NCBI GenBank assembly: GCA_965637545.1
Contig: OZ281496.1
Location: 22,382,001-22,446,000 of the forward strand
Source: Phallusia mammillata
Taxonomy: Eukaryota
Direction of reading: 5' to 3'
DNA length: 64,000 bases
Below the pieces are notes generated by a model. The model saw only the letters and a program-made list of their open reading frames with translations. It did not search any database and had not been told where the DNA came from. Shown here piece after piece: positions 11,801-24,936 of the stretch (its first letter is position 1; each line of letters starts with the position of its first letter). A program made the position numbers and the translations under genes.

Positions 11801-13643
11801 TGTGTTCGCGTGCCAATGGGGCCATCGGTTATATTCGTGACAGTGTCCGAACCCCAAGAGCTAAAATACTTGTTTGGATTTGCAACAACCGGAAATGCCT
11901 TGTCATTAGAACAAGGAAATTAATTTTCAACAAAGTTTCGAAATTTCATTTTCGAAAAGCAAGCATGACGATACTTGTCAAAGTTTCATCATTATTTTAT
12001 TTTCACTATAATGTGCTGCGCTTTTATTGTTTCGTTTCATGACGATTTCACAAATAACGTAATTATATAGCTGTTCATGGAAACTAAAAAAATGCAACGG
12101 CTTGCTTTTGGTACAAGGTCGCAACGTTGGGTTATGCCAGCTGACGCAACATTGTGGCAACACCACAAAGCATTCCGTTACATTTCCGTTGACATGTTTG
12201 GCGCCTCCACACACACTGTGCGCAAACACAGTTCACACATTAACTGGTCGCCACTAAGTATTTTCTTCGTAACGAAACAAAGCTAATTGTAATGGAATAT
12301 GTGTAACGTAAAAATAACCAGCTTCTCCTGCTTTTGCTTAAAACTTTTAAGTCCAAGAAAGTTTTTTGTTTGGCCTAAGTTTGTTTCATTACCAACATAT
12401 TGCTGAATGATTGTGTAATATTTGGGAGTTGGGAAACGTCAAACGCTAAAACATGTTGCAAAATGTTACCGTCATTATTCGTTGGACTTTTTTGTTATTA
12501 ACCTTAAAATATAAGAAATATATCACAATACACGCAGTTTAATGATTGAAGTTATGACATTTTCCATCGTAAAGAAAATTACCCATTGACCTTTCAAATA
12601 TTTTTTCAAAGCTTACAGGATATCTTATCCGAAGTAAATGCGTATGTAAATAAATAAATGCCCTTGTGTAAACATTATTTTTAGCTATTGCGTTTGTTTG
12701 ATATGGATCATAGCTTAATGAAGGGTTTGTTCGTAGAAATTGAGTTGGTCGCCTTTTACAAGGGTCTATAAACCGGCGTATAAAGGTCGGAAACCACGTC
12801 ATACTAATGAAGGTGCACAAAGCATAGCAAGAGGGCAAGTGGCTTTATAAAGGTATAAAACTTGTGTTTAAAGTTTTGAAACTATATTCATATTTTATAA
12901 AAAGTGCCCAGGGAAGAAAAGAGGGCTATAGTCACCAAAACACAAGCTCAATTTTAGCACAACCATGTTGTAATCTAAAACCAAAAATTACAGTTCAGAT
13001 ACCTTATTATCAAATTGGGTTTGTGTCACAATTTCAAACGTCGGTCTCTCACAAGTTCGTTCAGTATAATAAAGCTATCTCGTTTAAAGCCCTTTTTTCG
13101 TATGGTAATGAAAGTGTCAATTCTATTACAAGTACTTATTTTTCAAATTTTCCGAATTGTGTTATTTTTAAAAGCATTGATTCTTTACAATGACATGGAT
13201 CCCAATTCGGTAGTTCGGGTCTCTCTGTTTAGGGTCTCAAGAGGTTTGTTGTGGGGAAGAGAGTTCGTTTGAGTTGCATCAAAAAAAAACATGTATTGTT
13301 TCCTGTTTTTCTGCCACTAGTTTCGTTTATACCCCCTTTCACGAAATCAGTATGTTTGAATGATGGCTTAACCAGTTCCATACAGCGTTTTTTTTTTTTC
13401 AAACTTCGCGCCCCAAGCATTTTGCCAGGAATCGTATTTGATCGTGCTAAGGGATGTTTGTTTCGCTGCGCGTTTCTGCAGCTGGTCGCTTGCCAACCTG
13501 CGTGCGTTCATCTCTTCCCATTCGCATCACCCGATCACGGAAGGGGAACAACGCCGCCGTCGAGTCCACTTATATGTGCATTCGGCTCCGATTTGCACTG
13601 TCACCACGCGCGCTGCACCGTCCCGTGCCTTATCACGTACGAG

Positions 13644-13729
13644 TGACGTCATTAAACGCACTTCCGACACAGATCGCCGTGACGTCATCGACCGCGGGCG
13701 TCCAGCTTCTGTCAGGCGAAATGATTAAT
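13644..13729. promoter_or_regulatory. Candidate Hox4 cis-regulatory module: CRE-ETS-CRE-Meis-Pbx/Hox
   Basis: TGACGTCA 13644-13651, CACTTCCG 13659-13666, TGACGTCA 13680-13687, CTGTCA 13709-13714 and TGATTAAT 13722-13729, within a CpG-rich patch. Confidence 0.5.
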
Positions 13730-16700
13730 GCGATTTTGCTATATTTCAAACGCGTGACGACTTGGCGAATATGGTTGGCAAAAGGCCGATGCACGAGGGG
13801 CTTTCTCAGGAAACGTGCGAAATGTTGCCCACAGTTGTATGTTACAGAAAACACGAAAGAAACTGTGTTTCAACGTATCAAACCGCAAGCAGAAACTCTT
13901 TCAAATCAATCTCTTTCGAGCATAAACGAAAAGCCATTTCCACTATACAAATCTATGCACTGTCATCTATTCCTTTTTCTATAACACTAAAAACACCTGT
14001 ACCAATTTTGCCATTCAAAAGTACGTGATAAAACTCTATTTAAAACAATCCTTCGATGATGCGTGTTTATCCTTTGCAAAATGCAATACCGCGCACAGAA
14101 GCTGCGACTTTCTGCTTAGGCACATACAAGTTGACTGGATCACACAGAGCAATCCAAGTTTACGCGTGGGTCGATTCGTCATTTTGTCACCACCACTCAC
14201 CTTAAACTTCACATGTGCGTGGCCTTGTCTTGCGCAAGCCCGCCTTTTGTGTGTTGGGGGCTTCACTCAGCATTTGGCAAACTCCACAAACGTAAACCAG
14301 TCGCTACCGGTGCTTTGAAGGCAATAGACACCTGCAAGCGCCTTAAGTAAACAGCAACGCCTGTGTATCTCCACAAGCATTTTCCCAGGCGCGATCCCTT
14401 TTCGCTGCCCATCTAGTGGTAGCATCGACTCTTGTTCAAGGTTTTACAGCTTTTAATTATCGGAAAGCTGACCTGACTATTGTACGAAACCTGACTCCCA
14501 GTCGTCCAGCCATGGACTGGTCACTGTCATGGACTGACCGGTGCGTCTGGACGCGGTAGCTTGATACGGACGTCAGGTGCTCAGGCTCTCTGTACGGCGC
14601 CGTATACAAACAGTGCGCGTATTTGATAAACGAGTGGAGTCAACGTCAAGTGATATAGATGAGCTGGACGGTCGGTTCACGACTGGATCGCCGGGCAAAA
14701 TCTACGAATGAGGCGGAAAACGGCGGAGCGAGACCGGGGTTAATAGTTCAGCGTTGCCTGATGTTAATCCAGTGGTCGAACGGTCCGGCGAGCAAATAAA
14801 GAGACGACGGCCTCTTGATTTGGGCGAGAGTGTGAAATGATGAATCACTTGTGGCTGCTCGACCGCTTTAGAGTGTTTTCGCAGCGTTGAAGCTGTTGTT
14901 GAATACCCTGGGATACGGTGAACTTAGCGTCGGGGCGTCAGTTACTGCTGAAACGAGAATCGTGCTCAAATAGGTATTGTTTGTTTACTTTCCTGGTGTT
15001 GTTATATAATGCCGGAAGCTCGTTTTCAACGCAAGTTCATGTTGAAGCTCCTTTTGGCTTGTATCCACGTGGCCAAAATTTCTTATATATTATGTTTCCA
15101 GCGGCGACTCGACCTTGTGTGCAGATCATTTAAGACAATCACGGTATTTGGTCTTTCGACTGCAAGGATGCATTTTTCATTGATTTTTGTAACTTGGAAT
15201 GCACAACTCGAAATCACAATTTCGGAAATTTTTAACCTGCCATTCTAGTTCTTGTTGCATTTTTTTTCAAAAAAGCACTTCAGTTTCTGTATCGGCATTT
15301 TACAATAATTTTACAAACTATATTCAACACTAATCTTTGCTGTAAAAATCCCAACAAGTTAGCTTATATTGTATTTTTTCTTGAAACAGTAAAAATATTT
15401 TATAGAAACTTCTTTGCACATTAAAAATGAGACTTAGGATTAATTTCTTAAATTTTAAACTCAAATAACTTCGATTACGTCCTGTATTGTGAAGTAGTCG
15501 CAAAGCAGTTAAAACACACGAATTATAAGGCTTTTCAATTTGTTGTATGACGGTTTCAAGTGGCATCAGCATTAGCTTGTTATATTGAAGCACGTTGAAT
15601 TCTACAGTCCATAACGTTTGTAGGCATATGGTAAAGTTTAATACTAAAACGTTATGATAAAAAATATATAAACTTGTTTGAAACTCCATAAAAATGAATA
15701 CTAAGACCACAAGGAAAAAACAGTTTGATGGGTGGAAAGTGCGATTAACCACAATATAATTTAAACATAGCTTACAATTTTTCCTTTAAACGTTGTTGCA
15801 TTTAATCCACAAGCAAACTAAAAATGTTATCGATTTATTGATCATATTCGCGCAAACCAATTTGTTGTACCATTCATGAAGATTATTATCCGACATTTTT
15901 TCTCAACAGAAACAAAGCGGTCAGCAAAAAAGCAAAAATAAATTTCTTAAATAAAAAACAAACCATTTTATAAAAGACGCGTTTATAATATTTTTGTCTG
16001 TAAATTTATATTGTTGGTTTAAACACATTGACTGCTTTTTATATTCCGGGTCTAGTAAAAAGGCTGAGACTCTGCAAAATGGCAGTTTAACTTTAAATGT
16101 TAGCAACCACATCTAGCCTTGAAGTCGTCTACTGCTCACGCTGTCTAAGCTGCACAAAATCTAAGATACATCAAACTTTTGTGTAGTTAAAGAACCAGTT
16201 CCGCAGACAGTAGCGCAAGTTAGGGACGAAGGTGATATCTTGTTACAGTCGTCAGTTTTTCATCGGACTGTACGCATTATTAATCAACGAACGAAGATTG
16301 TGTTTTGGGTTGTCGGACGCTTTTTCCGCTCTGAGAATTTGAACAAAACTTTATGCTACCGTGGGTTACTGACAAGCTCATGGGTCATGGGAATAACCTT
16401 AGCAGTCTTGTTTGTAGCGTAACAGTCTTGTTTGTAGATAATTAATGTGTAGTTTGACCCCAAGGTTAGGTTTACATAGCCGCCGGAGTTTTTCGTTTTC
16501 TCGAATGTAGTCTCCTTTTACAGGTATCATCTTTGTTGACTTCAAAAAGGAAAAGGATACTAGATTTGTGTAAAATACAGTGAGGACGTTATTGTATCGA
16601 TCTCAAAGATTTTCGTGCGTTGCGTTTGTCCAAAACACACAATTAGCCTTGCAATTCTAAAGCAAATGGTATTGGGTGCGACAGCGACTATTGTGATGAA

Positions 16701-17196
16701 AAATTAAAAACGATCGATCCCTTCGCAAACAGTGTTATTGTTCTATTCCGTCTTCAATACCCAATGGGATTGCAATTTTACTTCAATCACGACAAACATA
16801 CCAAAAGAAAAGTTTATTCTTATAAAGTACCTCATGAAAAAATACCATCATTTGCTGTCGTTGGTCTGTTACAGCAACATATACATACAATTGCACACAC
16901 GTTGAAAAAACAATCAAAGTGCAACAGCACTGAGTTATGAAATCCACGCTTTGGCATTACAAAAACAGTGTTGTTTTCTTTCAGTGTTTTGTGATATGAA
17001 ACAAATTATTGGAGTTGTTTACTGGAATGCATGCATGTCAGCGATATCTGTCGCCGAAAGTAAACTTGCTTCTATCCAGGTATGGACTGAAATATCCAAC
17101 CAAAGTTTCACGTTATAGTTTGTAACTCGCTTTGCATGACGGAATTACATGCGCTGACCCAGAATAACCTTTCGTCAGTTGGATAAACCCTTGTCA

Positions 17197-17547
17197 TTAA
17201 GTGAGCTTAAATAGAATATCAGTCACGCGACTGCACCGAGGTAACGTTCGGTCGGAACAAAACTTGCCTAGGACATTAAATTCATCGTTTCGTAATTCTC
17301 CTGCAGTGCCAACAGGAACATATTTCAACTTGTGCATTGCGGTTCTGCAATCTTGTTGCACTTGCTCCACCATGTGGAAGTCTAAGTTGTCGCGCCATTC
17401 CCGCCAGGTGGCACTAGAGTTGCGCGTCGTTGTATATGGATCGTTGATAATAAGTTCACGCAATTTTTTGCGTCCACGCAATTTTTCCTTCAACATTTTT
17501 CTTTCCACTTTGTAGGCTCTCGTGTCACCAACAAGATTTAATTGTCC
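17197..17547 (-). CDS. CHST: CHST terminal exon
   Basis: Acceptor taacacag|GGA. Encodes NDPYTTTRNSSATWREWR...VQQDC...LKYVP and ends at the stop at 17197. Confidence 0.88.
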   Translation of the reverse strand, partial: GQLNLVGDTRAYKVERKMLKEKLRGRKKLRELIINDPYTTTRNSSATWREWRDNLDFHMVEQVQQDCRTAMHKLKYVPVGTAGELRNDEFNVLGKFCSDRTLPRCSRVTDILFKLT

Positions 17548-20500
17548 CTGTGTTAATACATAAGGGTTTTATGTGACTACAAAAAGCCCTACGGTATGGC
17601 GCGATTTGTTTTGAATGTTAAACTTCGCTCACATTTGAGTTTAATACACAGCCAATAATAGTTTTTTCATGCGATCAAAAACATTGTAACTTACAAGATA
17701 GGACTTTTTTAAAACTTTTTTCTTTGTCCTAACAACAAGTCCATAAAAAATGTTTAGTTTTCCGCTTGCCGGATGGTAAGAATAAGTTTTTTGACTTCCG
17801 AGTGTCTCAATACACTTGCCTAAAATACTTACATTTACCCCCAAAGCATGTCAAGTTTAGTACCGATTGATACCCCATGCCATAGAAAAAACAGTATTTG
17901 GTGAATCTCTTTAAACTTCATGTGACTTATACCTCTGTGTTGGAAGTAATCCATTTTTCCATTGCTGTGGTCATGCTCAGTCCAACGAACTTGTAGATTT
18001 CGCTAGCGATATGCATTGGACGTTGACATACATCTTCATATCTTTAAAATTGACAATTCACTTAACATTACGTTACAACACATACTCGGATTAAAAATCA
18101 AACCTATTCAATAATATGCATGCATCTTACATTTTTGTATTTGTTGAACGTTTATTGGTGATTGAACTGCAGAAATCTTTACCTTATGACTTTGTATTTT
18201 CCATCGAGCCAAGTGTTTTGTGGGTCAAACCCAATATCCAAACTGTTTTCCATTCTTTCGCAAGTGACACCGATTGCTTCGAAACCATATTTCCCCTCAA
18301 GTTTCTTGCGAGAACCAAGAACCCCTCGAGGATCACGAACAAGATGTAGAATCTACACAAAGAAGTATTTGTTGTATAAATGGCGGTCCTGCACTAAACC
18401 TTGACTTCAAAACAACGAAACTGGGCGACGTTTTTAGCTACCAAGCACAGCGTTGCAGACAATCACAACAGTTAATGTCAACCAGTTTCTATTTGGTCTG
18501 TGATGTAGAAAATCTGTAGTTTTCTGGTCAATGCATTATTACCCATATAGTGGTCTATGCATGAGGTTAACTGTTAAATGTTTGTCGAAACATTAACATT
18601 TGATCAAATTAACATGCCGAATCGGAGTTGTAAGTCGGATCGAAGTCGGGTTTGGATTAAATAAAACGTTCGGGTCTGATTTCACACTGGACAACATTTT
18701 TACCCACTTTTCTGGCATAAATTCTTACCAATCCTGTATCAAAACTTGTGCAACCCCAGTTTAAAGGCAAAGCATGTCATTTGATGCCACTTCTACCACA
18801 GTGCTTATTTGCATACATCCGGCTTGACATATACTTTTATAGTACAGTACATCCGACCTACTAACCTTAATATCCAACGAAGGGTTTTCAAGTAACGGTT
18901 TCAAGGTCATGAGGTCGCAAATCCGAATAACCTTGATGGCGGTCAAGTGAGATATTTCACACATTTCTGATGCCACTTCTGAATCAACGGGATCACATTC
19001 CCAGCAAGCTTTGGGAATCTTGCAAAATTCTTCTGAACACATTCGTTTTGACTTCTCCCTGCAAGGAAATGCAAACACTGTCAGTCTTCGCGGCTTGTTG
19101 CCAGGGAAGTTATTCAATAGTACAAGACTGCGACATATCATCATCAACTATTTATCAATACAAAAACGAGGGTAAATACAAGAAAGCAATAGGGACATTG
19201 TAAATACAGTTGTCTTTCCGCTTTTTCACAGTGTTACGCACCAACGCTAGCAAAGCATTGTTAATTAGGTAACTACAGCACAGTACAAAAACATCATAAT
19301 CATGTGTCATTTTAACTTTATTTACTATAATTTATAACTAGAGATGGAAGCAGTGCACACTGTTTCGATCTTATAACTGAAATATTCAAATGTATCAATC
19401 AAGGGGTAAATCAATCTCTGTTTATCTATTCTGTATCATTGGCAGCACACGACGTACCGAAAGCAGAAGTTTTGCTGCAGACATAAGTTCGCAGAGGTAT
19501 AATCGCTTTGTTTTCTTGAACCCTTGTCAATAGGCAAAGAATCCTGATTCGAAATGTTGCATTGAAACAAGTTTGTGAGGTATTCAACACGAAGTGGATC
19601 GTCAATTTTGGCACATCCATATCCGAACGGCAGAAGTGGCTCGAAGTGGAAAAATACATCAGGACGTTGGTTGAAGAGTTGGCCAAAAAATGTAGAGCCA
19701 GATCGGTGGCTTGTTAGAATTATTACCCCTAGTAACAAAGATAAAACGCTGAAACAAACTAGAAGAGTGGCTTTCTGATATACTTCCATTTTATATATTC
19801 TATACGATATTTACCAATTTACTATACACATCATTTGATCTACACATATGATTGTTTTTGTAAACAAAAACTAATGGGTCCCCACACGCATGTTTGTGCG
19901 GATTTACGGTAAACAAATGTTGCGGTGATTTTTACATTCTTAAGGACAAATTTTTAGAAAGCATTAACCCAACAATAAAAAAAATTGTTCGTATTCTTTT
20001 TGCACTATTATTGTCATGTAATTACAAAAACATTAAAAAAACGTAACAAAGACTTAAATCTAATCTCTTGCTTTAACCCAGATATAGTCCTCCCAAGGTC
20101 GGGCAATTTTTTTTAGAAAGCTGTAACAGTTGTGTTACAGACACTTTAAATTAAAAAGCAATTTGCTACAAGTGTATACATAACAAATTGTTTTTCATTT
20201 AACTTTGTTTCGCAAAATGAGTACCATTGACCTGTAGTAACCTCTCAGGGTGCACACGCCAAACGACTGTTTGACACCGTTTTCAATAGCACGCCGTCAT
20301 TCGTGTTCAACAATATTGTTAAGCCTAATTTATACATGCCTTGAGTATTGACTCCTAAATTGATTGTTAAAAAAACGCTACGTTATGAAGAAAGTTCTGA
20401 GCTGTGTTTGTAATACCGACTAGTTGACCTTAAGTAACCCGTGATCATGCGGCGGCCAACCTGACAGCGAGCATTTAAAAAAACATTTATTTGGCAAAAA

Positions 20501-21878
20501 AGTCAAGTTAATTTTTTCATCTTAACTTTTATTAACAAAGTTTTTCTTGACATATACAAAACCGAAGCACGGTTATTAGGCTTAAATCACGTCATAGGTG
20601 TAAAACCTTCGCCAAAACTAAAAATGTGAGTGATAACTTAATAAAACGACATAGCATTGCTGTGCAAAACAGCTGATTTCTAATCACTGAAACGATGTCT
20701 CGTAAAACGTCTGTCCGACGTCAAGCTGAGCCCTCCCGCTATCGTAAACCAGTGAGTTACTCTCTTGGTACTTCTGCCTACAGTGTCTTTCTTGACCAAA
20801 CGAGCGTTAGACACATTTACGTTTCGGGGGCCTGTGGGTGAATCTCTGGGTCATACGGGGTCAAAATTCACATGGACCATCTTTAGACCAATATCTGTAA
20901 TGTGTGTAAAATTGAAAAAGTTTGAACCATTCTTTCTTGACCAAAACGTGGGAACAAATCCGCGCAAAAAAATTCACGTTTTGGGGTGCTGTGGGTGAAC
21001 CGAGGGATCAAACGAGGTCAACATTCACATGGACCATCTTTAGACCAATACCTATTATGTGTGTCAATTTGAAAAAGATTGAACCATTCTTTGTTGACCA
21101 AAACGTGGGAACAAATCTGCGTTAGAAAGAAAAAAAGAAAAAAAAAATATATAGACAAAAACAATATGTGTCCCCTTCAGGGAAGGGGACCCATAATAAT
21201 ATATAAAGATAAAACTTATCCTATTAAGGCACAGAGACTGTAGAACCCATAAATGTCTTTGAGATTTGTTGCAGTGTGCAGAAGTTGCTATATAAAATTT
21301 TGAAAAGCAGTTTTTGCTGCGATTCCGTTGGCGATAAAAACGGCACAAAAACATTGTGATGCAGAAAATTACCGAACTGACTGAGGTGAGAAGGTTGATT
21401 TATTTGTCCAAGGCAAGCCAAACTACACTAAGGTTTTTCCACCAGTCATCTTTTGGTTGTTATTAACGGGCATGTGAAAAACATTATCAACCAGACCACT
21501 AAGTCCGCGCAGTTTCTGACACAATACTGAAAAGTCTGTTAGTAAGTCAGCCGTGGTTTCCGCTGACGGGCAAGTTAAACACAATGCCACCTTAACCACT
21601 AAGCCCATACCTTTTCGTCTTTCTTGCGATTGCTGGACATGTTCAATCCACGGCGTTTGCTTCATTTTAAAGTCATTCCTTCTCGTTGGTGTGTCCCCCA
21701 CACTTTGCATAGCCTCATACAAACATAACGCTAAGAATGTGATAACGGCGGAGCGAATCGTAAAGTTCCGGTAACGGCGAAATCTGCAGTTCTGGGGTAT
21801 AGGAAATCCTATTCTTGACATCTCTCCTCGAAAGTTATGCATTCGAATGTCGTTCACCCATGGGTTACCCGGAGTCAT
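17197..21878 (-). CDS. CHST: Carbohydrate 6-O-sulfotransferase (CHST1/CHST3/GlcNAc6ST-like), type II Golgi membrane protein, about 453 aa; complement(join(17197..17547,17933..18041,18183..18352,18866..19058,19458..19728,21611..21878))
   Basis: 5'-PSB motif TSHRSGSTFFGQLFNQRPDVFFHFEPL, 3'-PB motif ILHLVRDPRG, and RYEDV and W-x6-DPY-x3-RNS-type C-terminal motifs. Basic N-terminus followed by a TM segment (RFRRYRNFTIRSAVITFLALCLY). All five introns are GT-AG with consistent phases (1,2,0,2,0) and the exons total 1362 nt. The exact orthologue cannot be determined by eye. Confidence 0.9.
17933..18041 (-). CDS. CHST: CHST exon 5
   Basis: Hand-translated as (R)YEDVCQRPMHIASEIYKFVGLSMTTAMEKWITSNTE. 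Flanked by ttttaaag| and GAG|GTATAA. Confidence 0.88.
18183..18352 (-). CDS. CHST: CHST exon 4 (3'-PB motif ILHLVRDPR)
   Basis: Hand-translated as ILHLVRDPRGVLGSRKKLEGKYGFEAIGVTCERMENSLDIGFDPQNTWLDGKYKVIR. Flanked by tgtag| and AG|GTAAAG. Missing from the ORF track. Confidence 0.9.
18866..19058 (-). CDS. CHST: CHST exon 3
   Basis: Encodes MCSEEFCK...AIKVIRICDL...PLLENPSLDIK. Acceptor ttgcag|G, donor AAG|GTTAGT. Confidence 0.9.
19458..19728 (-). CDS. CHST: CHST exon 2 (PAPS 5'-phosphosulfate-binding loop RSGSTF)
   Basis: Acceptor atctttgttactag|GG GTA ATA. Donor CG|GTACGT at 19457. Confidence 0.9.
20815..21122. repeat. Tandem dimer with a 157-bp period in CHST intron 1
   Basis: TTCACATGGACCATCTTTAGACCAATA at 20867 and 21024, and TTGACCAAAACGTGGGAACAAATC in both copies. 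Confidence 0.9.
21611..21878 (-). CDS. CHST: CHST exon 1 (cytoplasmic tail, TM anchor, stem)
   Basis: ORF 21423..21878. Donor AAAG|GTATGG at 21610 is phase 1, matching the next acceptor. The start could instead be a downstream Met (21842 or 21821). Confidence 0.75.
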
Positions 21879-24800
21879 TTGAGAACAGCGCCGCCGGTTG
21901 CGGGGGTCGTAGCACAGGAGGTTATCCAGGTTTTGTCCTATTGTTTTCTTCCGGCATGCCGCGCCGCATTAAATTGTTATGGAACTTTCTTACTGTAATA
22001 CTGAAAAACAACACAATATGTTATAAGCAGGAATGTATTCAAGTCCAAAACTATAGCGCGACCTGGGTTCCAACCCAAAAATACAAGCGTGTAACGTGGT
22101 AACCCCTATAACTCGAAATAAGCCCTAAAGTAAACGGAATTTATCATTTAAACGCAACCGATTTAGAAGTTGGGTGCGAATTTAGACCATTGTTTTCCAA
22201 CTTAAGACCAAACCAACCCCGACTTACAGCTCTGCTTCCAAGCCAATAAAACAATATAATATTATTCGAAGTTTGTGATTGTCCAGCTTGATTACCTAGC
22301 GTAGCTTACATTTTCTGATGACACTACATACCTGCTTGTTGTTCAACTAAATATCTGCATTAAAACGTATTTTTCTTACCCTTTATATATATATATATGT
22401 CCTTTTACCTCCAAACGCTCCCTTTCTGGGCACGTACCACGTTAACTACTTTATTCAGTGCTTGTTAAGTTAATCACGCTATTCAGTGTAGTAAAGTAAT
22501 TTTGTACTACTAAAGGTAATGTAGCGCTAACATTATATAGTTCGTTCCTATATACACCCAAATTGTGTAACCAGCATATCATTTAACAGAGACACACTGT
22601 ATATCAAGGTCGTGTTCTCTGACAACCGGAACTTTAAATCGACGCTTGTTTTGTTCACTGCAAGCCTCAGGGCAATGCGCATGTGTTTAAATTAATGGCG
22701 TTGTTATGACGCTACATCCGTGATAACACAATAAGGCATGAATTGTTACAATGTCGGGTTTCTCTTGAATAAAGCTAAGTTACTAAATCATTACGCGCCT
22801 GATCGGTAATAAATTGAAACTTAATGAATGTGCGTTCTATTTGTGTACAGTTATGAAGGTGCCAGTTCTAAATGTGTACCACACATTCTTGACTAAATTT
22901 TTAACAAAGCTGTTTGTTCATTTATTCGTGTTTACCTTGAAACTTTAAACTTTATGAAAATGTATTATTAGTATTTTTTTCCATCCCACTTTCTAATAGA
23001 GGAAAATATGTGTACCCTGCCTATAGCGGTGTCTCATTACCTTGTTTGGTCACAGACTGTGTAAAATCCTTACAATAGTTGTTAAACCTTAATGCTAAAC
23101 AATCTGCAAAAGTCAAATTCGAAAAGATTAAATATCTGCTTGGGGTGGATGAGATTAAACCTAATTATGTTAGATAAACAATTAAGTTCACCTAAACTTA
23201 GACGTTTGGACCCCCTAAAGCATTTTCACCGACACCCAAGAGGTTTTTGAACCTCGTATTAAAATGCCCTGGTAAACGACTGCACTATACTCATCTACAC
23301 GACGAAAGCAGCTTATTTATCCAACTATTTTTACGGTAAAAATACAAAACGACTCAGGAAACTACGAAAGTAAAATGCGACCTGTGTTGTTGGTCAAGCG
23401 TGACGCTCTAAGTATAAGGCTGTGACTTTAAAGTGCTTTACTTGGTGCCCACAAGCCTTTCTTCGGTTGACAGACTTTAAAAACAAATGTAACCCTTCTG
23501 GTCTACTCGACCTTCGTCCATTCAAAGTCTTTCCTGTTTATAGCACCTACACTTCAAACTGACCTTAAAAGCGGAGAAGTCCTAATACTTTGGTCAAAAT
23601 CAAAGATTTCGTTTGTCAAGTTCGTAAGAACTGAAACATGTAATGTATTGCTCTTAACATGGTTTGTAGCTGCCATAAAGAAAACCTAAATAACAGAGAA
23701 CTATTTGATGCCCGTAATTCCAGACTTTAATGTTTACCAGGCAAATACGGATGACAACACGGAACCCAGCATTACACTCGAGTGGTATTTAAACATTGTT
23801 AAATGTCCAAGTACATTGATTTTTATTACCAAGAAGGTTTCTGATGCAGAGAAAACTATCGTGAACTGAAATCTGAACGTTTAAAACTGAAATCACTAAC
23901 GTAACATTGCTAAGGTTCATTAGCCTGATAGTAGAAGCGTCTGAATAAACAGACCGACATTAAACATAACTGTTGAGTGACTGTGAGCCTTAACTGTGTA
24001 ACGATGTGGATTAAAGCTTGGTTTCCTTAAGACTGGTGTTATAAACTGAGTATCACTATCAATGCGCGAAACAAAATCCTCCTTTGCTGAAGCTGTCTGT
24101 AGAAATGCCCACAGCTATAGCGTTTACATGCCTGACTGACTTTGCTTTTGACAAGAAACCTTTTTTTCTGTGTCGCCGTCTTCGCCAACAGGAGACGCGA
24201 ATTACTACAAAGGAGAAATGGTTTTGTTTCGTAACGTTGTTCGCTTTGTTTTTTTATGTTCCACTATGTCTCGGTTAATCTGTACATCCTCTGATGAGGT
24301 TCTTTCTGTTCTTTGTATTTGTAAAAAAAAGCTAACCCTGTCTGTCGTCCATCTGCAGTCCACCTCTTACGCAACGCTGTGAGAAGTGCCTTTTGTAGTT
24401 CGGTGGTAAAACTACTTGCTGTATATCAACGACTATTTTCGCCTGTGATTATCAACTTTAGTTTTGAAAAAACGGTCTAAGTCAGGTCTTTTCACCCTTT
24501 TTGCTTTGCCTGTAAATATTCCTCAGTTTTTTGAAAATGGAAAGCCACTTTCGCCCACAAACGTAATCTGTATTGTGTGAAAGTTTGTACCGCGTACAGA
24601 ATTGTTCATCACGCCTAGAAAAGCTTCTATACTTTGTAACCGCTTCAGTCCACTGACAAAGGCTTGTTTTAAGTACAATGCAAAAACCGAAAAGGGTTTA
24701 CCAACATGCAACGAACGCTTTGTGCAACAATTCCCTGCAACCAGAAAACAATCGATATCGAAACTAATCGATTTTCGTTCACCACAATTACTTGTTTTTG

Positions 24801-24936
24801 CGAATCGAGACCAACCAATGCAATTAACAACAAGTTCAACCCCTTTTTGTGTTTACATTTTTTCATTAGCTACAGTCTTTGTGGGATCAGTCAATTTGTC
24901 GCAAAGAATATGTCGACTCCCTTTCCTTTAAGCCTG

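Noticed and set aside
13251-13984. Overlapping ORFs of 131, 96, 176 and 73 aa
   Set aside because: No recognisable domain and they occur on several frames at once. They are best explained by a GC/CpG-rich regulatory patch with few stop codons.
19729-19789. Apparent signal anchor MEVYQKATLLVCFSVLSLLL at the start of ORF 19436..19789
   Set aside because: This is the intron polypyrimidine tract read in frame. A phase-matched upstream exon (21611..21878) supplies a proper TM anchor.
20426-20441. TGACCT-N4-TAACCC nuclear-receptor-like direct repeat
   Set aside because: One half-site is poor and it is not a DR2/DR5 RARE. I did not find a convincing RARE near Hox4 by eye.
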